From: Bigelowiella natans CCMP2755
Taxonomy: Eukaryota; Protista; Cercozoa
NCBI GenBank assembly: GCA_000320545.1
Contig: ADNK01001077.1
Span: forward strand, 8,759-72,758
Direction of reading: 5' to 3'
Length of the DNA stretch: 64,000 bases
The translations under genes and the position numbers were made by a program. The first letter of the stretch is position 1. Each line of letters starts with the position of its first letter. The notes under the pieces are model-generated. The model ran no database searches. It had not been told where the DNA came from and saw nothing but the letters and a program-made list of their open reading frames with translations. Of the stretch, positions 40,081 through 53,399 are shown piece by piece.

Positions 40081-42015
40081 TCAGTGCTCTGAGCGCATTG
40101 AAACAAGTGTAGTCTGTCTTTGTTTGAGCTTATTCTCGCTAGTGATGCTGTTCTGTGAGTCTGTAGAGTTCCAGCAACAGCATAGGCGTCCACTCCACGG
40201 TCCCCCAGCATACCAAACAAAAAAAATAACAAATATGGCATAGAATAATTCAGCAATGCCATATGATGGTCTTCCAATGAAATTTCTGGATTCCTGAGGG
40301 TATCGTTTTTGGTAGAATTCAGAGTATTTGCTGTTTCGGGTTGCAGATTCAAATGTAGAGATACTTTGAATTGTAATAGCCAACAGAGCTAAAACAGAGA
40401 TGGTAGTGGCTGCAATCTTTATTTTCAACCTCAAAGATTGAAATCTTTTAATCTCTTGCTGTCTTCGATGCACCACAGCAGCAACGCTAGTTTTGCGATT
40501 TCTTATGCAGCTGCTTTGGCTTACTACACTGCCTATTTTGTGACGGGCTTGACTAACACTGGCTTCTGATCTCGCATACTGATTTCTAACACTAATAACT
40601 CTATTTTCCTTTTCACTACAATCATTATTTTGTGCAGGACCTCCCCTCTGGTTATTATATCTATACTATAACACATTTTTTTCTTCCTTATCTTTTCTAG
40701 GCTTACACACTGATTCAGGAGTTTCAGATACTTGTCTATGAATTGAGTTGTTCCCACAGCTAATCTCTGATTTGTCATCAGTATAGTTGCCAACAGATTT
40801 TGCTTGGGGCGTTCCAGGTAAATGAGCTATTTCTGATGAGTTAGTTTTCAAACTCCTAAAGCTCATTCTGTTTGATTCTATTCCTTTGGTGATTGATATT
40901 TCGTGGTCTGATTGTCCCTAAGTATATAGGAATTAGTTGTATGCTTTAAATGAAATCAGACACTATCGGACCAAAAATAACCTCAATAACTCTGGAGGAT
41001 CGTCTTATCACAGAAGGAGATTGAATTTGTCTTTGAGATATATCAGGCAGCTGTGAATTACTTCGTCGAGGACTATCAGCTTTTTAATCATCAGAAGAAA
41101 GGTTTACATCTTTTCGATGATGCAGCTGGCTGTTGCATTCGCTATTATTTGCAGCTGCAATAGCACAAGTTGCAGCGTAGCTCTTAACTGTGCTAAGGTG
41201 AAGATCGATCATTTGAAGTAGGGATAGCAAACTTGTAACCACATAGGGGGTAATAACAATGGCTACAATAACATCCGATGCGGCGGATATTGCTTGAAAT
41301 CTTGTGTTTTCTGTGATTAGAGCACCTGGAGGACAATGAATAATATCTGATCATTAACAGCTAGTTAGGGGTGAAAAACTGAGTTAGCAGCAGTTTCATC
41401 AGGTTCGCCCCTTGGTTAAGTTACTCAAACCAAAGTTTCAACCTCACCTGTGAGAGAAGCCAGGGAGGACAAACAAATGAATGCAAATGCGCAATTAAAA
41501 GTTAGCCTCATATTCGAAGGAGTTTCTATTTTGAGCTTGGTGGCACAATACTTTGCTGCTAACAGGGATTTTAGAAATGATAACGATGTCCCGACAGCTG
41601 TTGTCTGTAAATGTATTTCCAGGATAAAGTAACATTAACGGTGAACGATGACGACACATAAATGCGATGTTATTTGTATTTGGATTGAGGTAAAAAGTAC
41701 AATTATGCATTCGAAACTATGCTATTGTACATACTCTATTACTTCAGTAAAGTATATACCAGTTACCGAGGCGATAATAGAAATTGTCACCAAAACTCTC
41801 CAATTTCCTTGGATTGGCCCTCGAGGCAATAGCAAATTCCAAATAACAAATATCCCACAGAGAGATGCACTTGACCATAGAATGAGGATATTAACCTCCC
41901 CGATTTCCTTCGTCGATTTTGCAATTCGAATTCGAGTAAATATGAATATGAGGAAAAGAAAAGATGTTCCAGCAAACACAAGATCGGCCAGAAAAGGGTC
42001 CATTTCTCCCTGCAT
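40081..42015 (-). CDS. Multi-pass (7TM-like) membrane protein
   Basis: Hydrophobic helices in ORFs 41722-42015 and 40081-40476 and in exons near 41150-41620. Ser/Lys-rich loop at 40500-40920. Confidence 0.65.
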
Positions 42016-42206
42016 ATTTACATAGCTGTAAGTCCGACATACTCATTGACTACATAACACATAACATCTAGCCGTTGTAACCACTTTAGCTGTTAACTGC
42101 GGCCATTCATAAAGACAACATGAGGTGGAGTGGTGTTACCTGGTCAGGCAGTGATGCTTTCGAAGGAAATTCTTGGATCCTAGCTTCTAGTTCTTTGTGT
42201 TGCCCT

Positions 42207-42506
42207 TAATGTAATAATACATGGCATTTAATATCTGCGACAACACCTCATTTGCCCATCCCTTCAAACCCATGATGTAATAATACATAGTAGTAATCAT
42301 CTGCGACAACGTCTCATTTTCCCGTCGTCTTTTACAAAACCACGGCGTTTGTTGACTTTTTACGCAGACAGACAGACATAAATCTTGGGCATCTATTTAC
42401 ATGTACAGTTGCATTGTTCCACTTAGTGCTACTGATGAGGATGTGAGTTCATTCTCAAACAAGGCATCTCTAAATCTTGGCACTAGGTTTGATCAATCTA
42501 GTGTCC

Positions 42507-42546
<40 letters not shown>

Positions 42547-42654
42547 GCTATGTCCAATTGTCCAATACAATTATCGAGGAAATGAGCTCACCCTCCAATG
42601 AGGCATCTCTAAATCTTGGCACTAGGTTTGATCAATCTAGTTTCCTACATGTGC
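42207..42654. repeat. Two pairs of diverged direct repeats in a divergent spacer
   Basis: 42207-42265 matches 42273-42332. 42444-42514 matches 42583-42653 (aggcatctctaaatcttggcactaggtttgatcaatctagt). Confidence 0.8.
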
Positions 42655-42764
42655 GTCATGTTGAACTTTGACTTTCAGAGATTGGTGACTTCTTGTTGCA
42701 GGTTGTGTTTTTGGTGATTCCGGGAAACCAAAAATCGTAGTAGTATGGTGTCAAAGTTTAACTC

Positions 42765-43147
42765 ATGATGTCCATCTCTGTCTCATGGACAATCTCTAAT
42801 TCCATCAAGCTTGTCCTCATTGCAGGGGAAATGGTGTGGGCTGTATGTTACCTAAGGGAGGAACGTGTCCAAAAGGAAAAGCGATGGATGCACATTTTCC
42901 TTCTTATGTAAGATATTAACACATTTATTTGTGTAATCTCACGCTACTCATAATTACTTCTTGAAAGTGTAATTTGCTTATACTTGGTGTGATAAACGAT
43001 TCTAAAAATTCATTGAATCACGAATGTTTGGGATATCTTCAGCGGGAGCATCTTTGGTTTTGTTTTTCATTCGTGGTACATAATATTTCGATGAGTTCAG
43101 TGCATATGTACATGAACATAACTAGATAAGAGTGTATATGAATATTT

Positions 43148-43203
<56 letters not shown>

Positions 43204-43506
43204 ATTTGAGTGCGTGTTTGCTTGCGTAAGCATATATTTATATAAATATGAATGTTTGTGCGCATGATGAGTTTTTATTACACAATTACAATCGCAATGC
43301 ACACAATTGTTCTGAGAGGATACACTGGAACTCTAATAAATTCTGTTTGGCAATAAGGTACCTTGCCCGAATTCCGTGGCAGGCTTTCATTGTGCTCCGT
43401 TCCATGACTGTTGTACCAGCTCTTATCACAGTAAAGCGTATGAATGAGTATATAAATGTGAAAATATATCATATTTAATATATACATGTATGTATGTATA
43501 TGTATA

Positions 43507-43554
<48 letters not shown>

Positions 43555-44777
43555 GATTTTATTAAGAATACACTCATACAGACGTATGTTATAATTTATC
43601 GACTAAATCCGATTTCATTTCGCCAAAGAGTAATGTAATACGTATATGGGGTACTGGAGGTGTTCTATTAGTCCTAAGGGCTTTTCAAGTCATATCCAAT
43701 CCGTCATTGAACATTCCATATTATTCAACTTTTTGGGTGCTCTTCGGTGCAATATTAGTAACTGATCAAACAGTTATGGTGGTGGTTCTTATCACAAATA
43801 GCTCCAGATACAATGGTTTAGGAGCAATTTTCATTGGGATTATCGCCACATCAATAGCCATCACCGTTGCCTTAATTGTGAGCAGGTAAGAAATAAATCA
43901 CTACTAATTATTTAATTAGGCTTTCAAAATTTAAGAGTAGGATCTGTCCTTCATATCCCTTAGGCTTCTCAAAAAGGCTGTGAACTCAGATAGACAGTTC
44001 GACTCAAGCATTCCACCCTCAAGTGTCAATAGTAATAAAAAAATCACTCCACGGGCAACTCTGAAGTCCAGTCGACAGCCAATCGATATGGAACCCATCT
44101 CCAGAAAAGAACTAAAAGAACCTGTAGAGGTTGATCTATGCACAGGGGGAAACTAACAGAATTGACTTAAGTTCACATATATGATGCAGAACGAAGTACT
44201 CAATAAAGCACAGGCAAAAATCCCAGAAAAGTCGCAAAGGGCTAGCGAGGTAAATCATATTTTAAAATTAAAGACTAAATTCTTCATGGTGAACCATTAA
44301 AATTCTAAGCTAATGAAACTGTAGCTATTAGTCGGCGAGAAAGCCAAGCCAAGTTTAGGGGGAAATATAATATTGTTTTTTATGTTGTGAAAGGTTTGGC
44401 AACATATTGTGGTGCTAATACTTTCTGTTTTTTCACAGTGTCGCGAATTGTCTTCTCATAAACTAGCTGATAAGTCTCTCAAAGCTGTTAGCAAAAGGTC
44501 TACGAGATTGAAGGAAACTATAAAGCACCTTAAAATTATACTTGCTCTCTCTATAATTCTTGGTCCGAGCTTCACTATAGCATCTCTAATTATCGGTCTC
44601 CAGCAACTGATGAACGACGACAGAAGTTTCAGCGAAAACCTGAGAATACGTTTCGAAAATTACATTTTTAGCGCTGATCTGGGCTTTTTCGTTCTCATCC
44701 TAGCCTATGGTGTCTTGCTTCACTTTTCCAAAATCCCGGGCTTCTTCAAAAAATGTTTCTCACATCGATGTTGTTGA
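42765..44777 (+). CDS. Multi-pass (7TM-like) membrane protein, similar in layout to the divergent neighbour
   Basis: Hydrophobic exons at 43320-43430, 43630-43886 and 44439-44777, with a charged loop at 43940-44250. Exon 2 junction not resolved. Confidence 0.6.
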
Positions 44778-44799
44778 ATTGCTGAGTTTTTGAATTGCC

Positions 44800-45950
44800 T
44801 TTGTGGAACATATGCTAGTGAATTAGACTCATCCACACATTGCTCTTGCTAAGTGTTGAAAACAGAAGATGCACGGGCCATAGCAAAGCAGAAGATCTAG
44901 CTATGCACTCTCGTGTGCTAGACCACTATGTGTGGGCACATCATGTCTAGATTCTAGATGTCTCTGTGTGCGCTATGAACTAGATGAACTACGTGGACAG
45001 CACTGAGCACACAGCAAATTCTTGCGTGCTAGCGTGGCGCAATGCGATGTCAGTTAGATGTGCTACTAGTGTGGCAAAGCCTAGGAGACTGTCATCATTC
45101 TAGTATTGTGCTCCAATCTAGCAGTGCTGATCACTTTCAGTGCAGCAGGCACTCTTTTCTAGTTTTGCCAGCTCATGTTGTGATGTCAATCTAGCTAGCT
45201 AGCTCTAGCAGCTAGAGCTGCACAACATCTGTGTCCACTAGTTCTAGAGGCTAGGGAGTTCTGGACACGCTTCACATTCATGCGCAGCTAGACAAGCTTT
45301 TGTGCACACATGTCTAGATGTGGAACACAACCTAGCAATGCTTGTGTTGTGCCCATGCTCTGTTACCATCAACACATCATGTTTTCACTAGCTGCATTTG
45401 CACATCATGCTAGCGCATGGACATGTCGATCTGTGTTCATCTAGCTGCTGTGCTGCTGTGCAGCTGCACATTGACATCATTACATCGCATCAAACCAACA
45501 CGTGACAAGATAGATGCTGGAACGGCTGGTGTTCCGCTACCTAGCTAGTTAGCTAGCTGCCGCCGCAAATCTAGACATGCGATGCACACCTGACACATTT
45601 CTAGATCCACAGCTACACTAGCGCTAATGAAGCGGTCCGTTCGCATACCGTTGTCGCGTGTGACTAGTAACTCTAGAGCTATGTAGCTATACGCACATGA
45701 TTCTGGAAAACAGGCAATGTGAAATGCAATGCACTTTGCAGCTTGAGGAGATGGTGTGTACTAACACTAAAACAATTGATGTGATGCATCGCCACATCCA
45801 CTCGCAATGCAAACGCGCATCGTGGATGTGCGAACAATGATCACGATTATTCATTGAAGGCCAAACCACCAGTAGGCCGCCACTGCTAGACTAGACTGCT
45901 TCACATCGACTCACATGGTTATCAACAAGATGATAATGAGACATGGCCAT
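44800..45950. other. TpA-depleted, strongly CTAG-enriched island between convergent genes
   Basis: Most TA are CTAG, CTAN or NTAG. Dense ctagctag runs at 45191-45215 and 45541-45557. Confidence 0.85.
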
Positions 45951-46044
45951 AAAGTACGTTGTAAACGTATTGTGCAACGATAGTCCAATTTGAGCTGAGA
46001 TCTCACAATCAAATTTCTTTGATACATTGATATATCAGTGAATA

Positions 46045-46311
46045 TCAGTGAACACATGTAACAGTAGCTACTGGGCGCTGACATTTAATTGGTACATCGT
46101 TGCAAGTCGGTACATTAACGACTTTATCGTCCATGACCATCGTGGTTGACCTATTCATGCATTATTACACAACACATTCATTTCAGGATGATTGCTATAA
46201 AGACAACATAATACGTACTGATACATACAACATGAATATGAATCTTCAAGTAACAAGGATTGTGTCTATTTATATCAGCCATAAATACTATCCAGCAACA
46301 ACTTTATTTGG

Positions 46312-46346
<35 letters not shown>

Positions 46347-46489
46347 CCCTCCGCCATCAAGATTGATTGCATGGGCTGCTCCTATGGAGATAAGAATGTC
46401 CTGCCAACAACAGTATTCGAGACCTATCATTCTCTTCAATTCGTTTATCTGGTTAAAACAACAATTCTACTACAGTTTGGGGATAATAC

Positions 46490-46520
<31 letters not shown>

Positions 46521-47396
46521 AGACAGTAGTAACAACAAACCAACCGCCATCTGATAAAGAGTCGGTCCTTTCCCGCTTTTGCACGTCTCACACCCATCTA
46601 CTACAAGCATAAGTAGGCGCCCTTTTCCATCAACGCCAATGGTTGTCCTTTAAGTAAGACGAAGACGATGATGATGATGATGATAATGATGATGATGAAT
46701 TTGTTATTATCATTATCCCACCAGTAAACACATTATACTAACTAAAACTTGCGCCATCGGCTGATTATGGCGTTAAACCGAAAATGAACATAGCATCTAT
46801 TATCTTGGTCTTTATGAATAACGTGTTTTATTATCATTAATATTACTACTATTATAATTATTATTGTTACTAATTATTGGTTGATTCACCTTGGAGCTGC
46901 TTCACCTCCTGGAGTGCTGACCTTTAAAACAAAAGAAACAAACCAACAATATTGCAGGAAGGTAAGGACAGCTACTGCTAAATAACAATACATAGCATAT
47001 ATAAATACAATATGTACAGAATATCATTATCCCTATGTTCAAACGTTTGTGATATGATGAGAGCACCTAATCAGTGTTTAATCAGTGTTTGTAATTACCA
47101 CTCAACCCACCCCCCTCTCATAACACTATCATTATCCCTCTTTCTTTTCTATCTTCTTCTACTTCCACTACTAACGTAGTGTCCTTTGTTCTTCTTCATG
47201 AATGGGTCATAATCACCGTGCTAGTCCCGTTGTATACTAGCCAACCAAAACCACTCATGATGTTCATCACACCTACGGGATCATCAGATGATGAGGATGA
47301 TAATGGCCATAAACATAACAATAGCACTTTAGATGTGAAACCATATGTACTGTGAGGGTGTGTAGATGATGACAGCAAGAAGAAAACACCTTCACA

Positions 47397-47433
<37 letters not shown>

Positions 47434-47518
47434 GTGAGTGTAATACCATGTTGATGATGACAGGTGATAGAAGAAAACACAAACAGACGCAGAGAGTGAG
47501 AGGGAACGAGGGAAGGAG

Positions 47519-47575
<57 letters not shown>

Positions 47576-47713
47576 GCTTCTACTACTATTATAGTGGAAT
47601 AATAAGAACCTAATTCTGAGAGCTCATCAGTTGAATTGACGTGCCCCATCACCCACTCATTATTTCGTGATACTCCAAACTGTGCGTTGCTTCCTGTACG
47701 TAGTAGATGGACA

Positions 47714-47745
<32 letters not shown>

Positions 47746-48142
47746 TAGTAGTAGTAACTGTATTAAATTTAGGCAGTGGTTGAGATGATGATGACACTAC
47801 TACTACGCAATGCAGATCATGATGCTGATGGCTACTTCCTAGAATGAACAAATGATGATGATGACGCCCTTGGTTTACTAGTTTACCCGTAAAATCCTGC
47901 GACAAAAGTGTCCCTGAGAGAGAAGACCAACGAATGATTTGGAATAATATCATATGATGTCAAAAAGGGGAGGGGATAATATGATTCATTTTGGTAGGCT
48001 TCTCCCCTTAACAATGAACGATCAAAAAATAGGTTTGTTTGACAATTGGAAAGTAGCTGCTAATGCTTCTGCTAGTGCTGCTGTTTCTCGCCTAATGTTG
48101 CAGTATCGTTACCATAAGTTTCTTCTTATTAGTGTGGGTTAT

Positions 48143-48187
<45 letters not shown>

Positions 48188-48891
48188 ACTACCATTTTGC
48201 ATGAGTAATCCGATACACTGATCATCGTGGCAGCAGTTGAACAACGACCAACAGTATCGTAGTATCAACAACACAACAACAACAACAACAACAACGTAGA
48301 TCACTTACTGAGCTCAAAGGAAACCAGATCGGTAGATAGAGAGATCATGATGCTCTAGATTCGTTCAACAATGTGTGAGCAGCTTTTATTCTAAATCCTA
48401 CTTGTTCATCATGATATATCTTCACCTTGCCTTTTCCTTTCATACCGAAAGGCCCCCCATTTGTGGCCAATTTACAACCGGCCTTCGAAGCAGTTTCGAG
48501 GGTTTTGAACAAGCCATTGCCTGAAAACAGCACGTTGCTCGGTACACCACCATCACGAATAATAATCGACAAGAGAAACACAACATTGGACAACATCAAC
48601 ACCAAAGTGCTGCATGCAGGCAACAGTGTCATTACCACATTCGTTGATGGGAGGAAGGGCTTCGAATACCGAACTAGCCCCTGAGATGACTGCTAAATAG
48701 CCGTTTCTGCCGCCACCAGCGATATCTTCTAGCACTGTAAGATTCACGGAAGAAGAAGGAGAAAAGGAAGATGCGCCCCTGTTCAACGTCGTGTCGGAAG
48801 GTACAATGACGATGCGAGGTGGGATGACCACTAGTGCATTAGTGGCAGCAACTGTGCGAAAGATAACAACAAACAAAGCAGTTGTTATCAT
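46045..48891 (-). CDS. NAGPA: Phosphodiester glycosidase, NAGPA-like (uncovering enzyme family), with signal peptide
   Basis: Exons give TASKAGCKLATNGGPF, NAQFGVSRNNEWVMG, SGFGWLVYNG, APRTTIGVDGKGRLLMLVVDG, AINLDGGGSTTMV and CQRPVATVTCVH followed by a stop. Confidence 0.85.
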
Positions 48892-49479
48892 CCATTATCA
48901 TCAACTCAACACGTCATTATCAATAAAATAGACAAGATACAATACCTCCCAGCAGTACTACTGCCCATGCTTGCTTGAACATTTGCTACGCCAACTTTGA
49001 TATTTTCACTAGTTGTGATATAGTAGTGGGTGCTTGCTTCGGATAAAATGCAATCCTTGTTGCTCGATCTCTCCCCCCCCTGAACGAGGACAAGCGTGAT
49101 TTGATTCTCCTGCCAATTTGTCTCTGCGACAAGAACTTATATCTTACAGCCGCATGTTTTAATATTTGTCACAGATGGAAAATGCCCTGTGATTTGTTTC
49201 TCCGACAAAGACTAGGTACCCCCCCCTCTAGGCCCTCTTTATTGAGTACACGTGTGCCGGTATGAAGCACCTCTTTGAGCATACGCACACGGCCTCTATG
49301 CAAGACCAGACCCGCCTTGCGAAGGCATGCCAGGTGAAAGCACCAGGCCGTTGTGAATATATGTGAAATTCAGCTATGAAAGCACCTTGAGAAATTAGGA
49401 TCTTACGTTGTGTTTGCCCCTTGCCGTCGTGATTCGCTAACATGATGATGTACAACCCTTTTTGAACATGTATTTATCA

Positions 49480-49601
49480 GGATCGTGGATATGTTTCTAT
49501 ACACAATACGGAGTTCGTTGCGGCGAATGTGTTTGTACTTTTTCTCGGAACCTGGGTACTACAACTAATAGTATCCAATTGTACCTAATTTAAAGAGATG
49601 C

Positions 49602-49643
<42 letters not shown>

Positions 49644-50709
49644 TCCGCCATCATGATCGCAACGATATGTACATATATATCATAATGGAATAATCAGGCG
49701 TTATCGCTGGCATTAGACACTGCTCTTAGAACAATTAAGAAGGTAATGAAGAGCGTGTATTCACGCACACACCAGATACATCCATTGCTACTGTTACAAT
49801 TCTCAGAGTTTTCCTCTTATTCTTATCATTATTATTGTTAATGTAATATAAATATCACATTTGTAATATCAACGTTTGTATTACTGCGAATAATATACTT
49901 TTATTTCTCTATTGTGTTAATGGCTGTTTGTAGGGATATGAGCGGCTGAGCATTTATCACCAGCGAAACTGCGTGACATATATAATCGAAATCATGTAGG
50001 TGAAACGATGAGTTATGTTGTTATAATAATAATGATGATGATGATGATGATGATGATGATGTGGTAATATAAAGGTATACAAGCATCGTTTTCCTTCTCC
50101 AGCTTAAGTACGGCTTTTCTCTGATGGTATTGTCGTAAATAAATAGCATACACGAAGTGCCAATGCCAATCTAAAATGTAATTGTTAATGCCAACGAGAG
50201 GAGAGAGTGAAAGGGCGAGAGAGGGAGAGGAGAGAGGAGGGGGGGGAGAAGATATTGTTTAGAGAGACCTTCAATATTCTAAAATCAATAATCACCTCGC
50301 TACTTAATGTTTAATGAAGTTCTATGGTGAAACTAACACGATGGAAGAGAAGAAAGGACTTAGCTATGCTGCAGTCCTTCTTACAGGTTAGTAGTAGTAG
50401 GCTGCTACTAGTGCTGCTGCTGGTGGATAATCAACTACTAGTAGTAAAAATACTTTTATAAAGCAGAAACAACTTTTTCTTCGAGATGACATAGCAAGCT
50501 GAATCTCGCAAAACAAAAAATAGTAGCGATTACTTTTATACTTTGTTTTTATCGTTCTCTCCCCGCTTAAGCATTGATTTTTATACAATTTTGGTGGTGC
50601 TTTTACAATAATGATGACCAAAATTAGGCTTATACTCATTCGAACTAGCATACAGGTTGTATTGTTAGTCACGGCATCTGCTTAACTCCCCGATGATGAG
50701 TGTGTGGAT

Positions 50710-50754
<45 letters not shown>

Positions 50755-51661
50755 TGTGTGTTTGTGTGCGTTGTAAATAACTCCATGATTAACGATAACT
50801 CCAAAACTTGATTATCATCATCGCCATGATCGCCATCAGCATCATCATCATCACTATCGTCGTTCATACATAATAGGCTGCAAACTCACTGGCAGTTGGC
50901 AGTGCATCATCTCATTGCTATTGGGGTTCTCTTGGTAATGGATTATTTTGACCGATGCTACAATACATTTGCTGCATCCAAGGGAAAATCATCGAGAGGA
51001 AAATATTCTGTCTTCATCAGTTTTCGAATGAATAAATGAAGAGAGCGCATTATTTATTTATTTCTCAATTTATTATTGTCGGTGATGAAATGATGCACCC
51101 TCTTTTTGGTCTCTAGATCTTCCATCCATTCTTATGTATTATGATCTATCTTCAGGTTGCATTCTACAACTGGTTTGATTATCCTGACCAAGCGCTTCCC
51201 GTCATTCGTATGTGCTGGTGAGTCATCATCCTTCAACTGATGATAGATATACAACAACAACATCCGTAGTTGTCACTCAAATGTAGTCCTATACTCGATG
51301 ATATCAATGAATCAGCATCAGCAATACATTACATTATTGATTTTTGGTTGAAATTACTTGCCTGATCACCTACACCGCGCGGAACTAACAAGAAAATGTT
51401 ATATATACAATGTAAATAGTGAGTGTGTTCTTGTAATAAACTGATCCCGTTTTTGTCTTACCAATGCTGTTTTCTATGATCATCATCATTGCCATCAACA
51501 TCAGCGTATTTGTCCTTCATGCCTCCACTGAGCAACTATGCTTCCTCGCTCTCCTTCTACATAGGTCGTCGCTGTTTCATCGTTGAAATGTTTATTTATG
51601 TGCTCACATTGACGTGTACCACAACCCCTCTGTTGTCGTTTTGGTTTACTACTACTACCAC

Positions 51662-51698
<37 letters not shown>

Positions 51699-52868
51699 GT
51701 AATAATGATAAATGTTGTCCATGTTTCAGGCTGCTGGATCATCATCAGTACACTAATCTTCTGAGGCATATTCATCTTTTCGCTGCACTCTCTAGGTAGA
51801 AGTCTTCTTCTTCCTACCCATCCTATATCTATAAATCACTATCTATTGACGACTATTAATCAACAACAAACTATAAATGTCTCTCTCTACCCCTATACAC
51901 TTCTCTTCCTCCCCCCCACCCCTTCCTTCTCGTCCTCTTGGATCATGAATTTCCGATTGCTACCACTACTGCAGCTACGTATTGAAGACAACAATTTGCA
52001 TAATCACGTGGATATTATGGCTACCTTTCTTTTTGCAACCCCAAGATAAGTATAACTCGTATATCTGGTAATAAGAATATTAATAATAATAACTATAAAG
52101 AGGAGAGGCAACAAGTAACAACAAATAATCAACAGCAAGATACTTTTTCCTATTCATTTGTTCGTCGTCTTTTTCTAGTATGTGGATCTGTAGGAGCCCT
52201 TCCTTTGTCATCTTTTTCTATTATGTGAATCTGTCGTAGAAACCCGTCTTTTAGAAAAACCTGCTCTTAGCAAGCTATTCAAATCATCTCACCATCATCA
52301 TCGATCATCATCATCGATCATCAATGTGTATTTTCAGGTTTTGGAGATGGGTATTCCCTGTCCTAAACTTCGTGATGTTATTCGTGCAGTGGTGGGCTTC
52401 TACGATATTTTGGTCTCTTTCAAGAAGGTATATGCAATGTGCTCGCTGTTGTTATATCCACAGGCACTATCACTATAGACAACATAGCACGTTTCGTAAC
52501 CATAAATATTAGTATAGGTACTATTTTGTAAAGTTGCTACTTCTGTCATATCTTCTCAGATTTCAAAAGATGATGATACGTGAGGAGGATGCAGATGTTT
52601 TGCGGTATAAAAACCAGGTAGCATTTTGCAGTGATTATAACAAAAACATAGTGAGCGCTACGACAGAATCATCCCGCATGATATACATGAAACAAATCTC
52701 TCTCTTTCTTTCTCTTGTTGTGTATATTCATACTGAAATCAACACAATCCTCTCATCTCTCCTCATATCATATGAATTATGCTCGTGTTTGTACTACTAC
52801 GAAGATGCGAAAGAGTCTAGTGTTTTCTACCGTCGATGTTTCGGATCTTGATAGGTATTGAGTAGTAA

Positions 52869-52900
<32 letters not shown>

Positions 52901-53184
52901 CTCGTAGTAGTAGTAGTAGTAGTAGTAATAGTAGTAGTAATAGGAGTCATAAGGAAATATACGGAGATATGCTACACATCAGAAGCATACTTATTTTATA
53001 AAGTACACGAGCAATCATGAATGAGCAAGCATATATGTTAACTGACGACTCTCCTCAATACATCATCATCATCCTCATCGTCATTTCACCATCCGAAAAT
53101 TGCGGTTTATCGCTCAGGCGGAAATTGCAACAGCATGTGTACCGGTCGTTCGAGAAACCAAGATCTCACTACATCACAAATTAA
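49480..53184 (+). CDS. TLC (TRAM/LAG1/CLN8)-like membrane protein; start unresolved
   Basis: Exons give QLAVHHLIAIGVLL, LHASTEQLCFLALLLHR and FWRWVFPVLNFVMLFVQWWASTIFWSL. Stop at 53182-53184. Confidence 0.65.
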
Positions 53185-53399
53185 TCGGAAATCCTAGTTG
53201 TCCTCATCATCTATCGAATTTATAACATAATTTAGAAGTGAAAAACGACGATCATATTTTGAATCCATCTTTCTACTGGCTTAAAACGCATAGCTGCAGG
53301 AATATGTAAGGATGCGTTCTGGCAGTGAATGTACATATACCATAGTTGCATTTATACAGTTATGGTATCATTGCCAAGGATATTAAGAATGTGTGTACA

